A stretch of DNA of 34,511 nt from a virus. Its lineage: Duplodnaviria; Caudoviricetes. The position numbers and the translations under genes were made by a program. Positions within the stretch are counted from its first letter, which is position 1. Each line of letters starts with the position of its first letter. The notes below the pieces were generated by a model. It worked only from the letters and a program-made list of their open reading frames with translations. It searched no databases and was not told the origin of the DNA. This document shows, one piece after another, positions 1-8,242 of this stretch. The stretch lies in IMG/VR virus record IMGVR_UViG_3300025018_000350, positions 1 to 34,511 of that record; one strand, given 5' to 3'.

Positions 1-216
<216 letters not shown>

Positions 217-221
217 ATTAA

Positions 222-425
222 ATAAAATACTATATTGTACAAAGAACATTTACAGAACAAAGAAATAATTTTTATAGAGCATTTGGACAGTTAAGTGAAT
301 TGGAAGTAGAAAAAAAGAAAACTGTATTTGAAGGAAAAATTGATTTTGACTCTTTCGATACAGAAAAGGAATATGAATTTGCTTTAGATAAGTTGTTAGA
401 CAATAATGAAAGAGTTTGCTGGTAA
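222..425 (+). CDS. 67-codon ORF beginning at ATA (IKYYIVQRTF...ERVCW); non-canonical or mutated start
   Basis: Open frame fills the gap between neighbouring genes; TAA immediately upstream and no ATG. Confidence 0.45.
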   Translation: MKYYIVQRTFTEQRNNFYRAFGQLSELEVEKKKTVFEGKIDFDSFDTEKEYEFALDKLLDNNERVCW

Positions 426-451
426 AAAAAATAATAAAGGACGTAAGAAAA

Positions 452-643
452 ATGGAATTTTTATATAAACTAAAACTAGGTGAATATGAAGTACATAAAA
501 ATCTATACATTACAAGAGTGCCAGGGGGATGGATATTTGAAGTAATGGCTTCAATACAGGAAAACACCGTTTCACCACCAATTTGTTTTGTACCTTATAG
601 CGACGAATTTAAAGAGGAAAAAATAAATGATTCAGCTAGCTGA
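452..643 (+). CDS. Hypothetical phage protein with RVPGGW motif
   Basis: ORF track 416-643; ATG 452 preferred because AGGA lies upstream. Confidence 0.7.
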   Translation: MEFLYKLKLGEYEVHKNLYITRVPGGWIFEVMASIQENTVSPPICFVPYSDEFKEEKINDSAS

Positions 644-776
644 TATTACTAAAATTAGAATACGGAAGTTTTTAGAATCTAGAAAAATTATGGATATTTC
701 TAAAGTAGTTGTTAGGTATGAAAATAATAAAATAGAAATTTACAATGACAATATTTATAAAGGATGTATTATATGA
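627..776 (+). CDS. 49-aa hypothetical protein
   Basis: Manual translation MIQLADITKIR...; GAGGA upstream; overlaps both neighbours. Confidence 0.55.
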   Translation: MIQLADITKIRIRKFLESRKIMDISKVVVRYENNKIEIYNDNIYKGCII

Positions 777-970
777 AGGTAAAAAGATTAATTAAATTAC
801 TAGAAAAACTTGATCCAGAAATGCAAGTAACTTGGGGGACATACTCTGGAAGTGAATCAGGAATTGTAACAGGTGTTTCAAAAATATATTCCAAAAAAGT
901 AAAAGGTGAAAATATTTATGAAGCTTGTATCAAATGTAAAACTAAATATAATTTTGGGGAATTAATATGA
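764..970 (+). CDS. Hypothetical phage protein (MKVKRLIKLLEKLDPE-type N-terminus)
   Basis: ORF track; probable start at ATG 773. Confidence 0.7.
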   Translation: MYYMKVKRLIKLLEKLDPEMQVTWGTYSGSESGIVTGVSKIYSKKVKGENIYEACIKCKTKYNFGELI

Positions 971-1290
971 GTAATATAGTTTTTAGATTTAAAGGAAAGC
1001 CAAAAAATAATATAACAGATGATAGTTATCTAGCTACATCTAAATTTTATAAAAAAGGATTTTATGAAGGATGCTTAATCCAAGATGGCAGATATTCATA
1101 TTTAGTTAATGGGGTTGTTGATTGTACGGAAGAGTATATTGCTATTGAAGAATGGTGTCCAGTTGATCCTAACACTGTTGAATTGATTAAAGAAAAAAGT
1201 AAAATAACAGATTTAGAGTTTTCACCTTTAGAGAAAGCACGTAAAGCAGTTGAAATGCATAATAAATATAAAAAAAATAGAGGATTTTAA
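967..1290 (+). CDS. YopX-like hypothetical phage protein
   Basis: FRFKGK...G.LI...VDPNTV pattern resembles the YopX N-terminal half. Confidence 0.5.
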   Translation: MSNIVFRFKGKPKNNITDDSYLATSKFYKKGFYEGCLIQDGRYSYLVNGVVDCTEEYIAIEEWCPVDPNTVELIKEKSKITDLEFSPLEKARKAVEMHNKYKKNRGF

Positions 1291-1292
1291 AA

Positions 1293-1496
1293 ATGAATAT
1301 AGTAGGAATTTCATTTGGTTCGAAAGAACTACCGAAAAGACAGTTCACAGCAAAACAAAGAAATGCTATTTTAAGGAATAAAGAAAAATTAGAATCTGAA
1401 TTTTATAAAATGATGGAAGCTGGCTTATTGTCTAAAAATGAGAAAACTGGTAAGATTGAATTTAGAATACCAGAAAAAGGTGAAACGGAAATATGA
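1293..1496 (+). CDS. Hypothetical protein
   Basis: ORF track; GAGGA RBS; ATGA coupling to next gene. Confidence 0.7.
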   Translation: MNIVGISFGSKELPKRQFTAKQRNAILRNKEKLESEFYKMMEAGLLSKNEKTGKIEFRIPEKGETEI

Positions 1497-1762
1497 AAAA
1501 TAAGCTTGAAAAAGTATTAGATAAAAACGCAAAAAATATATTAATAAATTGGGACATTAAAAAATTTAAAAAATCGCACCCATCTTTATTTAAAGCAATA
1601 ATAAATTCTATGGAAGAAATTCAATATGAATGTATTAATTCTTTAGAGGAATTATATATAAAAGCAGAAACTAAAAACTTTGGTATAAATAACAGTTTTC
1701 AGAATGGGTATAAATGTGCATCCGCAGAATCTATTCTTGCAATAAAGAAGTTAGCAAAATGA
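1493..1762 (+). CDS. Hypothetical protein; C-terminus paralogous to the frameshifted gene at 2164-2398
   Basis: ORF track; KNFGINNSFQNGYKCA motif. Confidence 0.7.
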   Translation: MKNKLEKVLDKNAKNILINWDIKKFKKSHPSLFKAIINSMEEIQYECINSLEELYIKAETKNFGINNSFQNGYKCASAESILAIKKLAK

Positions 1763-2001
1763 ATACAAGAGGAAAGGATTTTTACTTAGAGATTAAAGAA
1801 GATTATTTTTTAATTAAAATATACAATAAGAAAGATAATAAGCTTTTAAAAGATTGTATTTTCGGGAAGTCTGATAAATTATTTACAATAGATGATCTTC
1901 ATTATGATTTACAGATTTCATTTAAGATAGCTAAAATTATTTGGAGAGAATTAAAAAAATGGTTAGAACAAAAGGAAAAAGGAAGTAAAGAAAATGAGTA
2001 A
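1759..2001 (+). CDS. Hypothetical protein
   Basis: ORF track 1714-2001; ATG 1759 gives an ATGA overlap with the upstream stop. Confidence 0.65.
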   Translation: MNTRGKDFYLEIKEDYFLIKIYNKKDNKLLKDCIFGKSDKLFTIDDLHYDLQISFKIAKIIWRELKKWLEQKEKGSKENE

Positions 2002-2167
2002 TTTAAAAAGTAAGTGGCTTAAAAACCAGTTCACTGATGTTAACGATCCAGATTTCGATGAAGAGGTAGCTGAGATGTCAGAAGATAAAATGGAAGATAA
2101 TTGGTTAGACGAACAGGAAAGACGCCAAGAAGATTTAGAAGATCAACCATACGAGGTGGATGTATGA
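1994..2167 (+). CDS. 57-aa highly acidic protein
   Basis: Manual translation MSNLKSKWL...YEVDV; 20 of 57 residues are D/E; GGAAG RBS; ATGA coupling. Confidence 0.7.
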   Translation: MSNLKSKWLKNQFTDVNDPDFDEEVAEMSEDKMEDNWLDEQERRQEDLEDQPYEVDV

Positions 2168-2398
2168 ACGAAAAGAATATAACGAGATTTAGAGTTTCCA
2201 CTTACACAAAAACAGAAAGAAAGTTTTTGGAGGAAATATCTTCTAAATTAAATTTAGATACAGTTCAAGCTATAGAGTTATTTATAAATGAAAATAAAAA
2301 AAAATTATGGTCTTAGTAGTAGTTTTAGGAATGGCTATGAATGTGCTTGCTATTCAATATTAAATTATTTAAAAAATAGAAAAGGAGTTAGTAAATGA
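2164..2398 (+). pseudogene. Gene interrupted by a frameshift at an A9 tract (77 aa if A8)
   Basis: Frame 0 stops at 2316; the +1 frame continues NYGLSSSFRNGYECAC... to a TGA overlapping ATG 2395. Confidence 0.7.
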
Positions 2399-2793
2399 AT
2401 AAGTATTCCCCTTTTAGATATATTAGAAGTGAACTGCTAAAAGAAAATGCTGTAAAATCAATTTACAAGTGTGCAGTGAACGATGATTATATTGTACAGT
2501 TTTCCAAATTGTATTTCCGTACTGGTCTATTTAAAAAAATAATGATAGATCATATGTGGATTAGAACAAAAGGGAGGGAAGGTAAAGCAAATATATCTTG
2601 GAGTGAAAAACAAAGAATTAAACAAATATTTTTTCCAGATCAGTTTGCTCTAGAAGTTTTTCCACCTAATGAAGCGTTGGTCGATAATGCTAATATTTAC
2701 CATTTGTATGTATTCCCTATTGGGTATGATATGGAATTTGGTCTACATAGGTTTAATGAGATACCTAGAGAAAAATCTTTAATTAAGGAGTAA
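2395..2793 (+). CDS. Conserved phage hypothetical protein (W...QRIK...EVFPP...LVD.AN.YHL family)
   Basis: Recognisable motif; AGGAG RBS. Confidence 0.75.
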   Translation: MNKYSPFRYIRSELLKENAVKSIYKCAVNDDYIVQFSKLYFRTGLFKKIMIDHMWIRTKGREGKANISWSEKQRIKQIFFPDQFALEVFPPNEALVDNANIYHLYVFPIGYDMEFGLHRFNEIPREKSLIKE

Positions 2794-2795
2794 AT

Positions 2796-3179
2796 ATGAA
2801 TAGCGTATTAATTATTGGGAATCTTACACGTGATCCAGAGCTAAAAAGAGTAGGTGAATATGACCTAGTAAATTTTGCAGTGGCAGTGAACGATGGTTAT
2901 GGAGATAGAAAGAAAACTTTCTTCTTTGACTGTAGTGTTTGGGGTAAAAAAGCAAAGACTTTTATAGATTATTGTAAGAAAGGGAATAAAGTTTCGCTTA
3001 CTGGAAAATTAGAACAGCAAACTTGGGAAACGAGCTCTAGAGAGAAAAGAAGTAAAATAATAATTAATTGTAATGATTTTGATTTACTTACTCCTAGAGA
3101 TTCTCAAAGCCAAAATAATTACAGTAACCAACATTCATCTTTTGAGCCTATCCCAGATGAAGAGGACATGCCTTTCTAA
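2796..3179 (+). CDS. ssb: Single-stranded DNA-binding protein
   Basis: MNSVLIIGNLTRDPELK N-terminus; acidic DEEDMPF tail. Confidence 0.97.
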   Translation: MNSVLIIGNLTRDPELKRVGEYDLVNFAVAVNDGYGDRKKTFFFDCSVWGKKAKTFIDYCKKGNKVSLTGKLEQQTWETSSREKRSKIIINCNDFDLLTPRDSQSQNNYSNQHSSFEPIPDEEDMPF

Positions 3180-3230
3180 TGGTGGGTGCAATAATTTGTC
3201 TATGTTTAATGCTATACTTGAGGAAGTATC

Positions 3231-3545
3231 TTGAAAGCAGCAAACTTAGTTAGGGACTTGTTAGTACTGCCAGATAGTAATTTAGAAATTGATTCTAATC
3301 ATATCTATACTATTGTTTACATTTATCCAGATAGTAAGAATATAATTTATTATATGATTCTATTGGGTGAACAGCATTTAAGTAGTATATTAAAATCTGA
3401 ATCGGAAATTGTATGTGGTACACTTTATCGAAATGGATTTATGACTTATGTTTTAGGTAAAGATAATTTTCCTGACCCAAAGTTCGCAGATGAAGCAATG
3501 GACAAGGTAGGAAAATTTTCTATGAACCTAGTAAATCTAATTTAA
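3231..3545 (+). CDS. Hypothetical protein
   Basis: ORF track; TTG start with GAGGA RBS. Confidence 0.6.
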   Translation: MKAANLVRDLLVLPDSNLEIDSNHIYTIVYIYPDSKNIIYYMILLGEQHLSSILKSESEIVCGTLYRNGFMTYVLGKDNFPDPKFADEAMDKVGKFSMNLVNLI

Positions 3546-3573
3546 AAATATTTGACAAAGAATTTCTATCGTT

Positions 3574-3618
3574 TCACTCTTGTAATATGCACACCTTTAC
3601 AAGAGTGATCTTTTTTTT
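3574..3618 (+). terminator. Intrinsic terminator ending the early operon
   Basis: 12-bp perfect stem TCACTCTTGTAA/TTACAAGAGTGA followed by TC-T8. Confidence 0.85.
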
Positions 3619-3650
3619 ATACACACCTCACCAGGTATTATCCATTTAGT

Positions 3651-3806
3651 ATGTTTACGATTGAATCTAACAAGAAAAAAATCGGTTATGAATATTGTAT
3701 ATTTGATGCCATAGAAAAAGCAAAAAAACTAATTGACGTTCATAATTTCATAGAGATAAAAGATGGTGAAAGAGTTGTCTGGACTTTAAGGAAACCAATA
3801 AAATGA
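3651..3806 (+). CDS. 51-aa hypothetical protein
   Basis: Manual translation MFTIESNKKK...; ATGA coupling to 3803. Confidence 0.5.
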   Translation: MFTIESNKKKIGYEYCIFDAIEKAKKLIDVHNFIEIKDGERVVWTLRKPIK

Positions 3807-4006
3807 TAGAAACAAATAATTTAGTAGTTTATTCGATTAGTTTTATATTATGTATTCAGTCATTTAGTACTCTAAACACAGTAGTATATATTTTCTTCGT
3901 ACCAGAATTAAAATTGCCTATCATTAAATTGACTAAACATATTTTAATTGCCTCTTTTAAATTGTTACTTGTATTTTATGTAATAAATAATTGGATAGTT
4001 AAATGA
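3803..4006 (+). CDS. Small membrane protein (2 hydrophobic segments)
   Basis: ORF track; hydrophobic; ATGA-coupled on both sides. Confidence 0.6.
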   Translation: MIETNNLVVYSISFILCIQSFSTLNTVVYIFFVPELKLPIIKLTKHILIASFKLLLVFYVINNWIVK

Positions 4007-4536
4007 AAATAGAAAATGTTCCTATTTCTTCCGTCCTACCTAATAAGAAAAATCCAAGAGTAATTAAGGATGAAAAATTTAAGAAGCTTGTAAAGTCTAT
4101 TCAGGATTTTCCAGAAATGCTAAAACTACGTCCCATAGTAGTAAATAGCAAGATGGAGGTATTAGGCGGCAATATGAGACTGAAAGCTTGCCAAGAATTA
4201 AAATTAAAAAAAGTTTATATAATAAAAGATTCCGAATTAACACCTGACCAACAAAAAGAATTTATTATTAAAGATAATGTTGGGTATGGAGATTGGGATT
4301 GGGCAATGCTAGGTTCTGATTTTAATGTAGATAAACTAGATGAATGGGGATTGCCTCTTATTGATGTTAATACTAATATTTCTTTAGATGAATTTTTCGA
4401 TACTGTAGACGATAAGCCTAGTAAAAATAAAATTACTTTAGAATATACTGAGAAAGACTATAAGAAAGTAATAGCAGCTTTTAAAAAGCATTCTGATACA
4501 AAAGAGGAAGTCGTATTCAAATTGTTAGGTCTATGA
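4003..4536 (+). CDS. ParB/Srx N-terminal-domain protein (terminase-associated type)
   Basis: PNKKNPR, RPIVVN, GGNMRLKAC and IIKDN motifs. Confidence 0.9.
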   Translation: MKIENVPISSVLPNKKNPRVIKDEKFKKLVKSIQDFPEMLKLRPIVVNSKMEVLGGNMRLKACQELKLKKVYIIKDSELTPDQQKEFIIKDNVGYGDWDWAMLGSDFNVDKLDEWGLPLIDVNTNISLDEFFDTVDDKPSKNKITLEYTEKDYKKVIAAFKKHSDTKEEVVFKLLGL

Positions 4537-5201
4537 GAATATATCTTGCAAATGTTCCAACTCGTCCAAGTCTCTTTTATGATAACAAAGAAATTAAATA
4601 TATTCTAATGACTTTTCTGGAAGCAAATAAAGTTGACCTATCTAGAATCAATAAATCTGAAATGCTTTTAGACTCAGGAGCGTTCACTTATCTAAATTCA
4701 CAGAAAAATGCTAAATTAGATTGGGCAGGTTATATAGAAAGATATGCTGAATTTATTGTTAAGAACAAAATTAATAATTTCTTTGAACTGGACATTGATC
4801 CAATCGTAGGTTATGAAGAAGTAAAAAACATGAGAGCAAGATTAGAACTGCTCACAAGAAAAAAATGTATTCCAGTTTGGCATAAGTCTAGAGGCTTAGA
4901 AGATTGGATTGAAATCTGTAAAAAATATGATTATGTTTCGATTGGTGGAATAGTTACTAAGGAAATTAAGAAAAGCCAAACTGATATCTTCATACATTTA
5001 TTAAAGATTGCTAATCAATATAAATGTAAGGTACATGGATTGGGTTTTACAACTACTCCAAAGCTTCATAAGTACAAATTTTATTCTGTGGATAGTACAA
5101 ACTGGAGAACAAGCAGATTCAATATGTATTATTTATTTGACCCAGTTAGAGGCGTAATGCAATCTCAAAAGAAAACCAATCGGCAAGGAATGAATTCCTA
5201 A
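4533..5201 (+). CDS. tRNA-guanine-transglycosylase-fold (DpdA-like) protein
   Basis: LLDSGAFT, ELDID, IPVWH, SIGG, VHGLG and SVDSTNW motifs. Confidence 0.8.
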   Translation: MRIYLANVPTRPSLFYDNKEIKYILMTFLEANKVDLSRINKSEMLLDSGAFTYLNSQKNAKLDWAGYIERYAEFIVKNKINNFFELDIDPIVGYEEVKNMRARLELLTRKKCIPVWHKSRGLEDWIEICKKYDYVSIGGIVTKEIKKSQTDIFIHLLKIANQYKCKVHGLGFTTTPKLHKYKFYSVDSTNWRTSRFNMYYLFDPVRGVMQSQKKTNRQGMNS

Positions 5202-5208
5202 ATCTAAT

Positions 5209-5652
5209 ATGAAAAAGGAAAAACAAGGTAAAAGCACCGTTGACGAAAAGAATACTATAAAAGGTAGGAATGGTGGAACACTTAAAAAAGTTAATAAAGG
5301 TGATCCATCACCGAACCCAAATGGACGTCCTAAAGGATCAAAAAATCGTTCTACTATATTTAAGAAATGGATGGAACTATCTTCAGTAGGCAAGAATCCA
5401 ATTACAGGCCAAGAGGAAGATATGACCATTGAAGATAGAATGGTATTGAAGATAATTGGACGAGTATTAGTTGATGGTAACGTACATGCTTTTAAGGAGA
5501 GTATGGACAATCTTTACGGAACTAAAAAAGAGTATATAGATCATACATCGTTGGGTGAGAAAATTACAATTCCCATAATAGATATTCCTAGAGACATGAA
5601 CATGGACGAATGGAAAACTTATATAAAATCAGACCCAACCAAAGGCAAGTAG
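5209..5652 (+). CDS. terS: Terminase small subunit (putative)
   Basis: SPNPNGRPKGSKNR motif; directly precedes TerL. Confidence 0.75.
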   Translation: MKKEKQGKSTVDEKNTIKGRNGGTLKKVNKGDPSPNPNGRPKGSKNRSTIFKKWMELSSVGKNPITGQEEDMTIEDRMVLKIIGRVLVDGNVHAFKESMDNLYGTKKEYIDHTSLGEKITIPIIDIPRDMNMDEWKTYIKSDPTKGK

Positions 5653-6887
5653 AGGCTTTAATATGTCCTGCTAACGAGATTTTTTTCGGCGGTGCTAGAG
5701 GCGGCGGGAAAACTTACTTTGGAATTATAGATTTTATAAAGCAACTATTCACATTAGGTGGCAAGGCTAGAGGCGTTGCTTTTCGAAGGACATTTGGAGA
5801 GTTAGAAGATATTATTGAAAAGTGTAATGAACTTTTAAAGCCTCTTGGATTCGTACAGAATATTGGAAATAATGTTTATGCACATCCAAGCGGAGCAATT
5901 TACAAATTAAGATATTTAGAAAAGACAATAGATGCTGAGAGATACCAAGGTCACGCTTATTCCCATTTATTCTTTGATGAAGTAGGAAATTATAAATCGT
6001 TAGCAGGTATCGATTTATTGAAATCAACTTTAAGAGGCTTTGGGATTACTCCACGAATAGTTGTTACTGCGAACCCAGGTGGAAGAGCTCACAAGCTTTT
6101 AAAATCTAGGTATCCAATTAAGACTCCTTTTGAACCTACTATTTCACTTAAAGGATGGTCTAGAGTTTTTATCCCGTCTCTATTTTCCGACAATCCACAA
6201 CTTGTTAAAAAAGATCCAAACTATCTCTCTCGAGCAACTGAAGACTTGCCAGAGTTTTTAAGGCAAGCTTGGGAATTAGGTAACTGGGATATTACTATGG
6301 AAGCAGGTATGTATTTTAAGAGGAAGGATTTTAAAATTGAAAGAATCGTTCCGGAGTGTAAAACTTATGTAAGGTGCTGGGATAGAGCAGCAACGGAACT
6401 CAGCGAACAGAATCCAGACCCAGATTGGACAGTTGGAGTTTTAATGGGAAAGACTACACTTGGTGAGACGTTCGTCCTTGATGTGATAAGAGTTTTAAAG
6501 AGAGCAGCAGACGTTAAACAACTAATACGATACACTGCTGTCAAAGATGGAATAAACACTACAATCAAGATTTTCCAAGACCCAGGTCAGGCAGGTAAGG
6601 ATCAAGCGGAAGACATGAAAAGATATTTGGCTGGTTTCACTGTAGAGTCTATACGAGAGACTGGCGAAAAGCACACTCGATGGAATCCTTTTTCCAGTGC
6701 TGTACAAAACCAAGTTTGTAGATTAGTAGATGGAGATTGGAACGAAGACTACATTGACGAACTTGTTTCACTAACCAATAATCCATCCGAATATGGACAC
6801 GACGATCAAGCAGATGCCAGCTCAGGTGCGTTCACTTATTTAAATAAGCCTATTGTCTCAGATGTTTATGTATTCGATGATTTTTAA
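5610..6887 (+). CDS. terL: Terminase large subunit
   Basis: Walker A GGARGGGKT; Walker B LFFDE; TANPGG; nuclease motifs WDRAA, DWTVG and HDDQADA. Confidence 0.96.
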   Translation: MENLYKIRPNQRQVEALICPANEIFFGGARGGGKTYFGIIDFIKQLFTLGGKARGVAFRRTFGELEDIIEKCNELLKPLGFVQNIGNNVYAHPSGAIYKLRYLEKTIDAERYQGHAYSHLFFDEVGNYKSLAGIDLLKSTLRGFGITPRIVVTANPGGRAHKLLKSRYPIKTPFEPTISLKGWSRVFIPSLFSDNPQLVKKDPNYLSRATEDLPEFLRQAWELGNWDITMEAGMYFKRKDFKIERIVPECKTYVRCWDRAATELSEQNPDPDWTVGVLMGKTTLGETFVLDVIRVLKRAADVKQLIRYTAVKDGINTTIKIFQDPGQAGKDQAEDMKRYLAGFTVESIRETGEKHTRWNPFSSAVQNQVCRLVDGDWNEDYIDELVSLTNNPSEYGHDDQADASSGAFTYLNKPIVSDVYVFDDF

Positions 6888-6894
6888 AATCCTA

Positions 6895-6922
6895 TTGACT
6901 TAAAAAAAGCTTTTGTTATATT
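6895..6922 (+). promoter_or_regulatory. Sigma70-like promoter upstream of the portal gene
   Basis: TTGACT, 16-nt spacer ending in TGt, then TATATT. Confidence 0.55.
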
Positions 6923-6931
6923 TGAAAAATC

Positions 6932-8242
6932 TTGGGACCAATACGAACTTTTATTCAATCTTTCTTCTATCCCGTAGCACCAATTAGTCAAGTATTCCAA
7001 GTACAAAAGGAAAGCGATTTACTAGATGGTGAATACAAGAAATCAGTTAATCTAATTAGAAAAAAATATTTCAACCTTGACCCTAAAGGTGCTTTGACTG
7101 TAAAAACGATAGTAGATTTTAGAGCAACGGTAATAGCTGGTGGTGAAATTTCTTTCTCTGCTAAAAAAAGTACTCTTAAAGATTTAGAATACTGGTTAAA
7201 CGAAGAAAAAGCAAATGAAAAATCTACTTCCTATGCCCAACTTTTAGAAAGGGAAGGAAGAATTGCTATTGTACTTTATAAAAAACCTAATGGATGGGGA
7301 TTTCGCGCCTTACCTTGGCATCAATACAAGTACGATTTAATCTATGACGAATATGATAATATAAAAGGAATTAAATATGAAACTGGTAAAGGGTACCATA
7401 CAATCGAAAAACCTTTTTTAATTTATGTTCAATACTCTGGACAAGAGGAATATTCGAAAGAATCCGTTGCCCCACCAAAAATTGCTTATTGCTTAAATGA
7501 TATAAATAAAATAGAAGATGAAATGGAAAGATGGGAAAACATAAATCATTTTTTTGCTGATCCTACTCCTCACTTAGATACAACTGATACTAACTTTTTT
7601 AAAACTCTTGTAACACTTCTAAGAGGCAATAGAGAGACACGACCTGAAGGATCAAGTGCTAACGTAAATGATCCAAACTATGTAGCACCAATTCGTAGAT
7701 GGAAAGTCGGTTCAGGTTTAACAACTGTGAATACCAAACTGACTTATGTCCAAGCTGATATGAGAGGCATTGAATCACTAGATAGGATGGTACAAGTAAG
7801 GTCACAAAGAATTACTTCATTAACAGGTTTTCCAATATATTTACTTTATCCAGAATTAATGTCGAATAGAGCAACAGCAGTAGAAATAGCAGCAGATGCT
7901 AACCAAGCAACAGTTTTAGAAAGAAGAAAAAATGAAGAGTTATGGGCAGAGATAGCTAAATCTTGGGCAGTACTTCAAAATATATTTATTGGAACTGCTT
8001 ACGACCCTAATGAAATTTATGCCACCTTACCACAAACAAGTGCTGCCCAAGTTAAGTTATTAATAGAAACATTCGGTCCATTAGTTGATAAAAAACAACT
8101 ATCTAAAAGAACATTTATGGAGATGCTTCCTCTTGTAGATTATACAAGTGAGATCAAAAGAATTGAAGAGGAAAATGGATCAGAAATTTCTAGCATATCT
8201 AATGCTATGTTAAACTTTACTGGAGATAATAATCAGCAATGA
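6932..8242 (+). CDS. Portal protein
   Basis: 436 aa directly after TerL; helical; SNRATA motif near the C-terminus; TTG start. Confidence 0.8.
   Translation: MGPIRTFIQSFFYPVAPISQVFQVQKESDLLDGEYKKSVNLIRKKYFNLDPKGALTVKTIVDFRATVIAGGEISFSAKKSTLKDLEYWLNEEKANEKSTSYAQLLEREGRIAIVLYKKPNGWGFRALPWHQYKYDLIYDEYDNIKGIKYETGKGYHTIEKPFLIYVQYSGQEEYSKESVAPPKIAYCLNDINKIEDEMERWENINHFFADPTPHLDTTDTNFFKTLVTLLRGNRETRPEGSSANVNDPNYVAPIRRWKVGSGLTTVNTKLTYVQADMRGIESLDRMVQVRSQRITSLTGFPIYLLYPELMSNRATAVEIAADANQATVLERRKNEELWAEIAKSWAVLQNIFIGTAYDPNEIYATLPQTSAAQVKLLIETFGPLVDKKQLSKRTFMEMLPLVDYTSEIKRIEEENGSEISSISNAMLNFTGDNNQQ

Noticed and set aside
2473-2895. 13-nt repeat GCAGTGAACGATG in two adjacent genes
   Set aside because: Short enough to be chance; no context supporting a function
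4003-4536. Plasmid-partition ParABS system
   Set aside because: No ParA and no HTH domain; this is the terminase-associated ParB N-terminal type
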